Below are positions 51,690-63,477 of a stretch of 64,000 bases of DNA, in pieces; within the stretch, counting starts at the first letter, position 1; every line of letters begins with the position of its first letter. The notes beneath the pieces were generated by a model. The model made no database searches and was not told where the DNA came from. It worked only from the letters and a program-made list of their open reading frames with translations. The stretch spans positions 6,386,001-6,450,000 of the forward strand of contig OZ193910.1 of NCBI GenBank assembly GCA_964276515.1, written 5' to 3'. Origin of the DNA: Gordius albopunctatus. Its lineage: Eukaryota. The translations under genes were made by a program, and so were the position numbers.

Positions 51690-53422
51690 TTTTTTTTTAT
51701 GTGTATAAAGTTTTATTTGTGTCTCATAAATGCTATATTCTGCCTCATAAAAAATGCTTCACGTTTGTCGCCGGAAAACGTGGAAAGATGTTTTCCCACT
51801 TTTTTGATAAGGTTGAGGGCTTGAGGGCCAAATGTTGTTAAGGTAGTGGTCGCTATGGGGCAGAAAATAATTGATGGACCTAGGTCAGAATATTTGGTAA
51901 TTTTTTGAGCTTCGGCTGTCGCCAGTGGATCTTTATTTTGATTCGTTGGTGCAAAAGCATCGGAGCAAGTAAAATCCCAGGCCAAGCTAAGTCCTTTTTC
52001 CCAAGGAGACAGCGTTTGGCCATCAGGTCTCTTACTATCTCCACAAAGACCTGATGGTTCAAGGATGGATGGAAAGCCAGCTTTATTCATGTAGTTATGA
52101 ATAACTTTATTGACGGCAGCGTGGCGTAAATATCTTGCCCTATTGCGGTTGCAATGGAGGCCATGGTGGCCCTTCGGTCGAAGAGGAGATTCGCATAATG
52201 AGCAGGTGTGCTCTGCAACAATATTACAACCAATTCTAAGGCCTATAGATATCCGGAATTCATTATCGGAAAGAAGAAGACCAAGGTTTTGGCTAGGAAG
52301 AGCCTCCAGCCATTCGTGACCAGTCCCAGAAGTTAAACTTCTCAGTGCTGGAAGGTCCTCTACCGAAGCGCCATTGATTAAAGATCGTAAGGAGCACGCT
52401 GACAAAGGGCCATACCAAGACTTTTGTGTGTTTACTTCGGGGAAGGGAGTGCCGACGATGTCGCTCCACTGTTGAAAGGCAACATCAAGGAGGTTGTCTG
52501 GTTGTGTGGTTAGTGCTGACTTGATAAAAATGCTGCTAGGGAGATCAAGTTTATTGAGCCTATGCCTAACCCCCTAGTTTTGAGGGAAGGCAGGCCTGTT
52601 GCCAATGTCTGTCACTTAATGAAAGGTTGGTTATTTCTCCTATTAAGGTCCTTAGTTCAGTATCAAATTTGAGCAGAGCCTCGCGATCTAAAAATGTGGA
52701 TGAAGATCTAAGACTGTGCATGATTTTTGGGATAGCCAAACAATTCTTTATGAGGAAAAAGGCTTGGTGAGAGGGTAGGTGTTTGAGGATATTCCTCATA
52801 TTAGATACTTTCTGAATTGTATCATTTAGGAGTTCTAAAATGGGTATGGAGCCACCTATTGGGGATCCTAAAAGAGTTAATGTTGAGGGAGAGATTAGTT
52901 TGTAGGGGGTGAGGGCAATATTGACCGAATCTGCGTTATTGAGGGGACAAATTTCCGTTTGTTAAAAATCCGTCGACAGTAATATAATATAAATACATAA
53001 AATATAAAAGACAAAATGCGTCAAATAAAATAATACACTATTCTAATATATTATCATCGAGGGGATCTTCCAAAATTGGCCAAGAATCCGCGAACGATTT
53101 AAAATTGTACTTGGCTATAAGAATACCAAGTCGTTGTTTAAGTAAAAAGGATACCGAATGTTTAGACGGGGGAGAACGTCTTAGTTAGGTTCAATGATAA
53201 ACCGATTTCAACAGATTGAGTTTCCAGGTACTTAAGGGCTGAGATAACATCTGAGGGGGCTCCTTGAATTGTTCCATCGTCAAGGTATACCATGTATTTA
53301 AAGTTAGGTTAAATTTTGAATTTAGGCTTTCAATAAGGGGGTTGATAGCCAGGCAGAATAACAGAGAATTCAATCGCGATATATGAATGTTTTCCTGATA
53401 TTTATAGTAATGTATAATCAAC
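51690..53422 (-). mobile_element. 5'-truncated CRE-like non-LTR retrotransposon (RT C-terminus, RLE endonuclease)
   Basis: LLFCLAINP, GLSLNLTKTEI, LLGSPIG, QACLPSKLGG, WLEALP, C..C...H..HC, RHAAVN, EPSGL..KRPDG..PW..WDFTC. AATAAA and a short poly(A) at 51690-51717. TSD TTTCAAAA (51682-51689, 53423-53430). Confidence 0.88.
52960..53176. mobile_element. 217-bp insertion in the CRE ORF, possible solo LTR
   Basis: Removing it restores L-N-L-T-K-T-E-I-C. Starts TGTT, imperfect 4-bp TSD CGTT/CGTC. Right end is not a clean CA. Confidence 0.5.
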
Positions 53423-53858
53423 TTTCAAAATTTTAGACTTAGAATGAGTTTCGATGGAGTACTAAATATTACTAAAGCATATTTGAATTTAGCAGTTTCT
53501 CATCCTGCATGATGTAGTAATTACAAATTGGTGGTATCAATTTAATAATCATACAAGTTAAACTAAGGTGGCTCGAGCTTTTTTGGCACACTAGCGTCAT
53601 TTGTGCCTGACTAACGATTTTAAAAGTGCAATTTAGTATTCGACGACACCGTAATAGATTTAATCATGATTTTTCTAGAAGTTTTTATGCTTCAACTAAT
53701 AGTCTACCTCCCTAATTTTTGAACCATAATAAGACATTATGTGAATACATTGTTTTGTCATATGCATTACTATTCACAACGGGGATTGGCAGGTGCATAT
53801 ACTTTAATTTCTATAATTGTGGCAATTTTCAAATATAAAATAAATACACACCAACTTA

Positions 53859-55759
53859 CTGCGTTTATCTAAACTTTTGCACTTCTTATGGATCTTCTGC
53901 ACACTAGTAGGGGAGGAAAGGGGTAATCCATCATAGCGTTTAACATGAATCGCTCATTCCTTCTCTCCCCTTCGCATGTAACACACTTCTTCCCCAACCT
54001 TACATGTTATTTTGCAACTCATACACCATATTTCGCCCTTTTTTTATAAAATGGTCGTTTTTTGTATAAATTAGTGATTTTTTTTCAAATTTTATCTAGT
54101 ATAGTTTAAATTAATTAAACTTAAATTTTTTTAATGATTAATTTTTTTAATTTAAAGTTTATTCAACCTTAAAAATGAAATTTTGTCATGTATACATTTA
54201 TTGTCGAAAAAATAATGTAAAATACAATAAAATATGCATATATAAAACAAAAGAAATTCATGTAAAATTTAATAATCAATATTTTCATTATTCAAACATG
54301 TTTTTACATGGGAAAAATAGTTTCGTCAATCTTCTGAAGTATTCTAACGATTAATGTACTATTTTATATGTAAAATATAAATTACCTCGGATTTAGAATT
54401 TTCTACGAGTGTTTAATAAATCCCTCTCATTTTGAGGTTTGCCTTTTCTCACGATGAACTTCAATTTGCTAAAGACCTCCTCTATAGGATTTAGAAAAGG
54501 GGAATATGGTGGTAAATATAAAGCTTTATGACCAAAAGCTGCTAAGCTATTTTTTACTAACAGGGAACGGTGGAATGGAACATTGTCCATTACGATCATG
54601 CAGTTTTGAATATTTTTATTCGATAGGTATTCAAATAATTCAATTAAAAAGTCGTTAAATTTAGCGCTATTGTAGGCACCGTTCAAAATTTTGTAATAAA
54701 TTAATTCTTCCCTTGTTATTGCACATCACATGCTTAAATTTCGGCTTTTATGGGCTTTAACCTTCTTTATTGTCCTTTCGTTAGTAGCTGCCCTTCCATA
54801 AATAGCCCTCATCAATACATTGAACCCCGTTTCATCCATGAATATGATGTTAAGATCGAGGGCTAAAAAACGGCAAAACTCTTGCATATATTGAAGTATT
54901 TTATTAATAACGTCTTCATCATTGCGCTTTTCAGGAATCATTGCTATAAGTTTAAATGAATAATGGAAACCTTTGATTTCCCGGGCGATTGTAGTAGGAC
55001 AGACATCGAGATTGTATTTATCCTTAATTTTTTTTCTTAAATCTTTTAGGGACAGCGAACAAGATGAAATCGACATGTGGTACATCTAATTTTTTTGTCG
55101 CCCAGCACACTTTTTGGCGTAATCTCTCCCTTCTTCGTAAAAAATTGTAACAGCTCTCATTGCTTGAAACCGCGATATATCTAGTAATTTTGCGATTTCA
55201 ACATAGGATTTTCCATCTTGGCTAAGCTTTATTGCCAATTTTCGAGTTTGCTGATCTATCATTTTATAAAATACCAATATAATGAACAAATTTAGACGGA
55301 AAAAAATATTAAAGGCGCAGGGTCAGTTGCAAGAGTTCCCAAAAAACATTTCACGGTAAAAAAAGGGGTGAGGTACATGCCACATGCCAAATAGGGAGAC
55401 GGAAAGAGTTAGTGAAATTAGATTTTCATCCAGGAAATATTTTTAAGGTTGAATAAACTTTAAATTAAAAAAATTAATCATTAAAAAATTTAAGTTTAAT
55501 TAATTTAAACTATACTAGATAAAATTTGAAAAAAAATCACTAATTTATACAAAAAACGACCATTTTATAAAAAAAAGTGCGAAATATGGTGTATGAGTTG
55601 CAAAATAACTTGTAAGGTTGGGAAAGGAGTGTGTTACATGCGAAGGGGAGGAGAGAAGGAATGAGCGTTACATGTTAGACGCTATGATTGATTACCCCTT
55701 TTCTCTCCTACTAGTGTGCAGGAGATCCATACGAAGTGCAAAAGTTTAGGTAAACGCTG
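53859..55759 (-). mobile_element. IS630/Tc1/mariner DD34E element with long TIRs
   Basis: About 320-bp imperfect TIRs (53859-54176, 55439-55759) and TA TSD. Transposase pseudogene at 54393-55262 with HTH, FMDETGF, MDNVPFH, LPPYSPFLNPIE (34 residues between second D and E), with in-frame stops. Confidence 0.93.
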
Positions 55760-55779
55760 TATACTATACTAGATAAATA

Positions 55780-56336
55780 ACTATGGTGACAATTGTCATA
55801 ATTGTCATTTTTAAAGCTAGCGAGAAAATTCAAACGAAAATTGGTAGGTTAGGGTGTCATAAAGTTAGTAAAAATTAAAAAAATAGTTTTACGGTTTTAA
55901 TATGGTGACAATTGTCATAATTGTCATTTTTAAAGCTAGCGAGAAAATTCAAACGAAAATCGGTAGGTTAGGGTGTCATAAAGTTAGTAAAAATTAAAAA
56001 AATAGTTTTGCGGTTTTACTATGGTGACAATTGTCATAATTGTCATTTTTAAAGCTAGCGAGAAAATTCAAACGAAAATCGGTAGGTTAGGGTGTCATAA
56101 AGTTAGTAAAAATTAAAAAAAATAGTTTTGCGGTTTTACTATGGTGATAATTGTCATTTTTAAAGCTAGCCAGAAAATTCAAACGAAAATTGGTAGGGTA
56201 GGGTGTGATGAAGTTAGTAAAAATTAAAAAAAAATAGTTTTGCGGTTCTACTATGATGAGAATTGTCCTAATTGTCATTTTTAAAGTTAGAGAGAAAATT
56301 CAAACAAAAATTGGTAGGTTAGGGTGTCATAAAGTT
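55780..56336. repeat. about 119-bp tandem repeat, 4.7 copies
   Basis: Units start near 55781, 55900, 56019, 56139 and 56250: CTATGGTGACAATTGTCATAATTGTCATTTTTAAAGCTAGCGAGAAAATTCAAACG...GGTAGGTTAGGGTGTCAT. Confidence 0.92.
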
Positions 56337-56999
56337 TATCACAATTTTTAAAATATTTTTATTAAATTTAAAATACTAATATAAGCCCTGGTTACGTGCA
56401 TGTTTTCTCTTTCTTATCTAACATAATCATCATGCTCTGCCGATTGAAACTTAAGATGATTTCACATAAAAGTAGTTTTCATCTCTGCAATTTTATTTTC
56501 TCTATTTCTACGACTTTTAATACACACAAAACGGGGAGACAGTGAGACTTCTGGATTTATGGGAGAGGGTGAAGCAAATTCCCAGAGGTATGAATTAGAA
56601 AAATCCCAATAGATTCCTAATCAATAACTACTACCCTTAACAATAAAACTCATACTAATATTCAAACGAGTCTCACAACCAGTACCCTCAATACAAACAC
56701 TCAGCTTCATAAAATTTCACCCATTTTTAATTTTGATTTTAGAGTATTTTGCGTCGGGTAGAATGCTAAGTGTCCGTCCTCAACGGAATTGGCGTAGTGG
56801 CGTCTGAAAGGGAGTAAGTAAATCTGGAACGCGATAATGAAACTGTTTCGAGCTGTATAATTACTACCAAAAATCAAAAAGTTAAATATTCCACGTATTG
56901 CGTCATCGATTACGACAAAATACACACATTTCGATGTCCTCGCTTAATTTTAAGTGATAAAATATGGGTGGGAAATAAAAAAGTAAGAATCTTGCCTGA

Positions 57000-57006
57000 T
57001 TTATAA
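57000..57006 (+). promoter_or_regulatory. TATA-like element about 30 nt upstream of 5S (present in every unit)
   Basis: TTTATAA at -31 to -25, kept in all copies. Confidence 0.55.
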
Positions 57007-57030
57007 GCACAATTTTCGCTTTGCATCTAC

Positions 57031-57149
57031 GGTTACGACCATATCACGTTGAAAACACCGGTTCCCTTCCGAACACCGAAGTTAAGCAACGTTGAGCCCG
57101 GTTAGTACTTGGATGGGTGACCGCTTGGGAATCCCGGGTGTTGTAACCT
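57031..57149 (+). rRNA. 5S: 5S rRNA copy 1 (majority-consensus sequence)
   Basis: 119 nt, helix I GGTTACGAC/GTTGTAACC, A box AGTTAAGC, TTAGTACTTGGATGGG, T-run terminator. Confidence 0.97.
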
Positions 57150-57165
57150 TTTTAAATATTTTTTT
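57149..57165 (+). terminator. Pol III terminator (T5, then a longer backup T-run), repeated in each unit
   Basis: CC-TTTTT-AAATA-TTTTTTT directly after each 5S. Confidence 0.8.
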
Positions 57166-57568
57166 GAATCCAGTTACGATCAGGGGCGATCCTTAGCACA
57201 CAGCGGACGCCGTAGGAATACATTTGTGAATTAATTTTTAATTCTAGGCGCCATTATATAGGAGATTTAGGGATTTTAGAGTATTTTGCGTCGGGCAGAA
57301 TGCTAGGTGTCCGTCCTCAACGGAATTGGCGTAGTGGCGTCTGAAAGGGAGTAAGTAAATCTGGAACGCGATAATGAAACTGTTTCGAGCTGTATAATTA
57401 CTACCAACAATCAAAAAGTTAAATATTTTACGTATTGCGTCATCGATTACGACAAAATACACAAATTTCGATGCTCTCGCGTCAATTTTAAGTGATAAAA
57501 TATGGGTGGGAAATAAAAAAGTAAGAATCTTGCCTGATTTATAAGCACAATTTTCGCTTTAAATCTAC

Positions 57569-57687
57569 GGTTACGAAGATATCACGTTGAAAACACCTGT
57601 TCCCTTCCGAACACCGAAGTCAAGCAACGTTGAGCCCGATTAGTACTTGGATGTGTGACCGCTTGGGAATCCCGGGTGTTGTAACCT
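57569..57687 (+). rRNA. 5S: 5S rRNA copy 2 (most divergent, possibly pseudogene)
   Basis: Variants GAAGAT, CACCTGT, GTCAAG, CCCGATT, GATGTGTG. Confidence 0.88.
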
Positions 57688-58104
57688 TTTTAAATATTTT
57701 TTTGAATCCAGTTACGATCAGGGGCGATCCTTAGCACATAGGGGACGCCGTAGGAATACATTTGTGAATTAATTTTTAATTCTAGGCGCCATTTTAAGCG
57801 AGATTTAGGGATTTTAGAGTATTTTGCGTCGGGCAGAATGCTAGGTGTCCGTCCTCAACGGAATTGGCGTATAGCGTCTGAAAGGGAGTAAGTAAATCTG
57901 GAACGCGATAATGAAACTGTTTCGAGCTGTATAATTACTACCAACAATCAAAAAGTTAAATATTTTACGTATTGAGTCATCGATTACGACAAAATACACA
58001 CATTTCGATGTCCTCGCTTAATTTTAAGTGATAAAATATGGGTGGGAAATAAAAAAGTAAGAATCTTGCCTGATTTATAAGCACAATTTTCGCTTTGCAC
58101 CTAC

Positions 58105-58223
58105 GGTTACGACCATATCACGTTGAAAACACCGGTTCCCTTCCTAACACCGAAGTTAAGCAACGTTGAGCCCGGTTACTACTTGGATGGGTGACCGCTT
58201 GGGAATCCCGGGTGTTGTAACCT
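58105..58223 (+). rRNA. 5S: 5S rRNA copy 3
   Basis: Variants TTCCTAAC and GTTACTAC. Confidence 0.92.
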
Positions 58224-58641
58224 TTTTAAATATTTTTTTGAATTCAGTTACGATCAGGGGCGATCCTTAGCACATAGGGGACGCCGTAGGAATACATTTG
58301 TGAATTAATTTTTAATTCTAGGCGCCATTTTATAGGAGATTTAAGGATTTTAGAGTATTTTGCGTCGGGCAGGATGCTAGGTGTCCGTCCTCAACGGAAT
58401 TGGCGTATAGCGTGTGAAAGGGAGTGAGTAAACCGAGAACGCGATAATGAAACTGTTTCGAGCTGTATAATTACTACCAACAATCAAAAAGTTAAATATT
58501 CCACGTATTGCGTCATCGATTACGACAAAATACACACATTTCGATGCTCTCGCGTCAATTTTAAGTGATAAAATATGGGTGGGAAATAAAAAAGTAAGAA
58601 TCTTGCCTGATTTATAAGCACAATTTTCGCTTTAAATCTAC

Positions 58642-58760
58642 GTTTACGACCATATCACGTTGAAAACACCGGTTCCCTTCCGAACACCGAAGTTAAGCAA
58701 CGTTGAGCCCGGTTAGTACTTGGATGGGTGACCGCTTGGGAATCCCGGGTGTTGTAACCT
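58642..58760 (+). rRNA. 5S: 5S rRNA copy 4
   Basis: G2T variant, otherwise consensus. Confidence 0.95.
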
Positions 58761-59178
58761 TTTTAAATATTTTTTTGAATTCAGTTACGATCAGGGGCGA
58801 TCCTTAGCACATAGGGGACGCCGTAGGAATACATTTGTGAATTAATTTTTAATTCTAGGCGCCATTTTATAGGAGATTTAGGGATTTTAGGTTATTTTGC
58901 GTCGGGCAGGATGCTAGGTGTCCGTCCTCAACGGAATTGACGTATAGCGTGTGAAAGGGAGTGAGTAAACCGAGAACGCGATAATGAAACTGTTTCGAGC
59001 TGTATAATTACTACCAACAATCAAAAAGTTAAATATTCCACGTATTGCGTCATCGATTACGACAAAATACACACATTTCGATGCTCTCGCGTCAATTTTA
59101 AGTGATAAAATATGGGTGGGAAATAAAAAAGTAAGAATCTTGCCTGATTTATAAGCACAATTTTCGCTTTAAATCTAC

Positions 59179-59297
59179 GTTTACGACCATATCACGTTGA
59201 AAACACCGGTTCCCTTCCGAACACCGAAGTTAAGCAACGTTGAGCCCGGTTAGTACTTGGATGGGTGACCGCTTGGGAATCCCGGGTGTTGTAACCT
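59179..59297 (+). rRNA. 5S: 5S rRNA copy 5
   Basis: G2T variant, otherwise consensus. Confidence 0.95.
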
Positions 59298-59716
59298 TTT
59301 TAAATATTTTTTTGAATCCAGTTACGATCAGGGGCGATCCTTAGCACAAAGCGGACGCCGTAGGAATACATTTGTGAATTAATTTTTAATTCTAGGCGCC
59401 ATTATATAGGAGATTTAGGGATTTTAGAATATTTTGCGTCGGGCAGAATGCTAGGTGTCCGTTCTCAACGGAATTGGCGTAGTGGCGTCTGAAAGGGAGT
59501 AAGTAAATCTGGAACGCGATAATGAAACTGTTTCGAGCTGTATAATTACTACCAACAATCAAAAAGTTAAATATTTTACGTATTGCGTCATCGATTACGA
59601 CAAAATACACAAATTTCGATGCTCTCGCGTCAATTTTAAGTGATAAAATATGGATGGGAAATAAAAAAGTAAGAATCTTGATTGATTTATAAGCACAATT
59701 TTCGCTTTAAATCTAC

Positions 59717-59835
59717 GGTTACGACCATATCTCGTTGAAAACACCGGTTCCCTTCCGAACACCGAAGTCAAGCAACGTTGAGCCCGGTTAGTACTTGGAT
59801 GGGTGACCGCTTGGGAATCCCGGGTGTTGTAACCT
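59717..59835 (+). rRNA. 5S: 5S rRNA copy 6
   Basis: Variants ATCTCG and GTCAAG. Confidence 0.94.
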
Positions 59836-60254
59836 TTTTAAATATTTTTTTGAATCCAGTTACGATCAGGGGCGATCCTTAGCACACAGCGGACGCCGTA
59901 GGAATACATTTGTGAATTAGTTTTTAATTCTAGGCGCCATTATATAGGAGATTTAGGGATTTTAGAGTATTTTGCGTCGGGCAGAATGCTAGGTGTCCGT
60001 CCTCAACGGAATTGGCGTAGTGGCGTCTGAAAGGGAGTAAGTAAATCTGGAACGCGATAATGAAACTGTTTCGAGCTGTATAATTACTACCATCAATCAA
60101 AAAGTTAAATATTTTACGTATTGCGTCATCGATTACGACAAAATACACACATTTCGATGCTCTCGCGTCAATTTTAAGTGATAAAATATGGGTGGGAAAT
60201 AAAAAAGTAAGAATCTTGCCTGATTTATAAGCACAATTTTCGCTTTAAATCTAC

Positions 60255-60373
60255 GGTTACGACCATATCTCGTTGAAAACACCGGTTCCCTTCCGAACAC
60301 CGAAGTCAAGCAACGTTGAGCACGATTAGTACTTGGATGTGTGACCGCTTGGGAATCCCGGGTGTTGTAACCT
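60255..60373 (+). rRNA. 5S: 5S rRNA copy 7
   Basis: Variants ATCTCG, GTCAAG, GCACGATT, GATGTGTG. Confidence 0.9.
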
Positions 60374-60791
60374 TTTTAAATATTTTTTTGAATCCAGTTA
60401 CGATCAGGGGCGATCCTTAGCACATAGGGGACGCCGTAGGAATACATTTGTGAATTAATTTTTAATTCTAGGCGCCATTTTATAGGAGATTTAGGGATTT
60501 ATGAGTATTTTGCGTCGGGCAGAATGCTAGGTGTCCGTCCTCAACGGAATTGGCGTATAGCGTGTGAAAGGGAGTGAGTAAACCGAGAACCCGATAATGA
60601 AACTGTTTCGAGCTGTATAATTACTACCAACAATCAAAAAGTTAAATATTCCACGTATTGCGTCATCGATTACGACAAAATACACACATTTCGATGCTCT
60701 CGCGTCAATTTTAAGTGATAAAATATTGGTGGGAAATAAAAAAGTAAGAATCTTGCCTGATTTATAAGCACAATTTTCGCTTTGCATCTAC

Positions 60792-60910
60792 GGTTACGAC
60801 CACATCTCGTTGAAAACACCGGTTCCCTTCCGAACACCGAAGTCAAGCAACGTTGAGCCCGATTAGTACTTGGATGTGTGACCGCTTGGGAATCCCGGGT
60901 GTTGTAACCT
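60792..60910 (+). rRNA. 5S: 5S rRNA copy 8
   Basis: Variants CACATCTCG, GTCAAG, CCCGATT, GATGTGTG. Confidence 0.9.
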
Positions 60911-61328
60911 TTTTAAATATTTTTTTGAATCCAGTTACGATCAGGGGCGATCCTTAGCACATAGGGGACGCCGTAGGAATACATTTGTGAATTAATTTTT
61001 AATTCTAGGCGCCATTATATAGGAGATTTAGGGATTTTAGAGTATTTTGCGTCGGGCAGAATGCTAGGTGTCCGTCCTCAACGGAATTGGCGTAGTGGCG
61101 TCTGAAAGGGAGTAAGTAAATCTGGAACGCGATAATGAAACTGTTTCGAGCTGTATAATTACTACCAACAATCAAAAAGTTAAATATTTTACGTATTGAG
61201 TCATCGATTACGGCAAAATACACACATTTCGATGTCCTCGCTTAATTTTAACTGATAAAATATGGGTGGGAAATAAAAAAGTAAGAATCTTGCCTGATTT
61301 ATAAGCACAATTTTCGCTTTGCATCTAC

Positions 61329-61447
61329 GGTTACGACCATATCACGTTGAAAACACCGGTTCCCTTCCGAACACCGAAGTTAAGCAACGTTGAGCCCGGT
61401 TAGTACTTGAATGGGTGACCGCTTGGGAATCCCGGGTGTTGTAACCT
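61329..61447 (+). rRNA. 5S: 5S rRNA copy 9
   Basis: Single C-box variant CTTGAATGG. Confidence 0.94.
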
Positions 61448-61864
61448 TTTTAAATATTTTTTTGAATTCAGTTACGATCAGGGGCGATCCTTAGCACATA
61501 GGGGACGCCGTAGGAATACATTTGTGAATTAATTTTTAATTCTAGGCGCCATTTTATAGGAGATTTAGGGATTTATGAGTATTTTGCGTCGGGCAGAATG
61601 CTAGGTGTCCGTCCTCAACGGAATTGGCGTATAGCGTGTGAAAGGGAGTGAGTAAACCGAGAACGCGATAATGAAACTGTTTCGAGCTGTATAATTACTA
61701 CCAACAATCAAAAAGTTAAATATTTTACGTATTGAGTCATCGATTACGACAAAATACACACATTTCGATGTCCTCGCTTAATTTTAAGTGATAAAATATG
61801 GGTGGGAAATAAAAAAGTAAGAATCTTGCCTGATTTATAAGCACAATTTTCGCTTTGCACCTAC

Positions 61865-61983
61865 GGTTACGACCATATCACGTTGAAAACACCGGTTCCC
61901 TTCCGAACACCGAAGTTAAGCAACGTTGAGCCCAGTTACTACTTGGATGGGTGACCGCTTGGGAATCCCGGGTGTTGTAACCT
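61865..61983 (+). rRNA. 5S: 5S rRNA copy 10
   Basis: Variants CCCAGTTACTAC. Confidence 0.92.
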
Positions 61984-62401
61984 TTTTAAATATTTTTTTG
62001 AATTCAGTTACGATCAGGGGCGATCCTTAGCACATAGGGGACGCCGTAGGAATACATTTGTGAATTAATTTTTAATTCTAGGCGCCATTTTATAGGAGAT
62101 TTAAGGATTTTAGAGTATTTTGCGTCGGGCAGGATGCTAGGTGTCCGTCCTCAACGGAATTGGCGTATAGCGTGTGAAAGGGAGTGAGTAAACCGAGAAC
62201 GCGATAATGAAACTGTTTCGAGCTGTATAATTACTACCAACAATCAAAAAGTTAAATATTCCACGTATTGCGTCATCGATTACGACAAAATACACACATT
62301 TCGATGCTCTCGCGTCAATTTTAAGTGATAAAATATGGGTGGGAAATAAAAAAGTAAGAATCTTGCCTGATTTATAAGCACAATTTTCGCTTTAAATCTA
62401 C

Positions 62402-62520
62402 GTTTACGACCATATCACGTTGAAAACACCGGTTCCCTTCCGAACACCGAAGTTAAGCAACGTTGAGCCCGGTTAGTACTTGGATGGGTGACCGCTTGGG
62501 AATCCCGGGTGTTGTAACCT
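62402..62520 (+). rRNA. 5S: 5S rRNA copy 11
   Basis: G2T variant, like copy 5. Confidence 0.95.
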
Positions 62521-62939
62521 TTTTAAATATTTTTTTGAATCCAGTTACGATCAGGGGCGATCCTTAGCACAAAGCGGACGCCGTAGGAATACATTTGTGA
62601 ATTAATTTTTAATTCTAGGCGCCATTATATAGGAGATTTAGGGATTTTAGAATATTTTGCGTCGGGCAGAATGCTAGGTGTCCGTTCTCAACGGAATTGG
62701 CGTAGTGGCGTCTGAAAGGGAGTAAGTAAATCTGGAACGCGATAATGAAACTGTTTCGAGCTGTATAATTACTACCAACAATCAAAAAGTTAAATATTTT
62801 ACGTATTGCGTCATCGATTACGACAAAATACACAAATTTCGATGCTCTCGCGTCAATTTTAAGTGATAAAATATGGATGGGAAATAAAAAAGTAAGAATC
62901 TTGATTGATTTATAAGCACAATTTTCGCTTTAAATCTAC

Positions 62940-63058
62940 GGTTACGACCATATCTCGTTGAAAACACCGGTTCCCTTCCGAACACCGAAGTCAAGCAACG
63001 TTGAGCCCGGTTAGTACTTGGATGGGTGACCGCTTGGGAATCCCGGGTGTTGTAACCT
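62940..63058 (+). rRNA. 5S: 5S rRNA copy 12
   Basis: Same variants as copy 6. Confidence 0.94.
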
Positions 63059-63477
63059 TTTTAAATATTTTTTTGAATCCAGTTACGATCAGGGGCGATC
63101 CTTAGCACACAGCGGACGCCGTAGGAATACATTTGTGAATTAGTTTTTAATTCTAGGCGCCATTATATAGGAGATTTAGGGATTTTAGAGTATTTTGCGT
63201 CGGGCAGAATGCTAGGTGTCCGTCCTCAACGGAATTGGCGTAGTGGCGTCTGAAAGGGAGTAAGTAAATCTGGAACGCGATAATGAAACTGTTTCGAGCT
63301 GTATAATTACTACCATCAATCAAAAAGTTAAATATTTTACGTATTGCGTCATCGATTACGACAAAATACACACATTTCGATGCTCTCGCGTCAATTTTAA
63401 GTGATAAAATATGGGTGGGAAATAAAAAAGTAAGAATCTTGCCTGATTTATAAGCACAATTTTCGCTTTAAATCTAC

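Larger units (their letters stand above)
51295..55783 (+). mobile_element. third copy of the hAT family, interrupted by CRE-like and Tc1-like insertions
   Basis: Pieces 51295-51689, 53423-53858 and 55760-55783 join into a sequence colinear with 2556-3326. Confidence 0.85.

Noticed and set aside
55845..56325. Telomeric repeat
   Set aside because: At most one TTAGGG per 119-bp unit and no tandem telomeric tract.
57150..57568. Nematode SL1 gene in the spacer
   Set aside because: GGTTTAATTACCCAAGTTTGAG is absent on both strands. Only a divergent leader remains possible.
56707..63371. Repeated 72-aa minus-strand ORFs (MYFVVIDDA...)
   Set aside because: They lie in the 5S spacer, use non-ATG starts and are broken by indels in about half of the units, so they are not a gene family.
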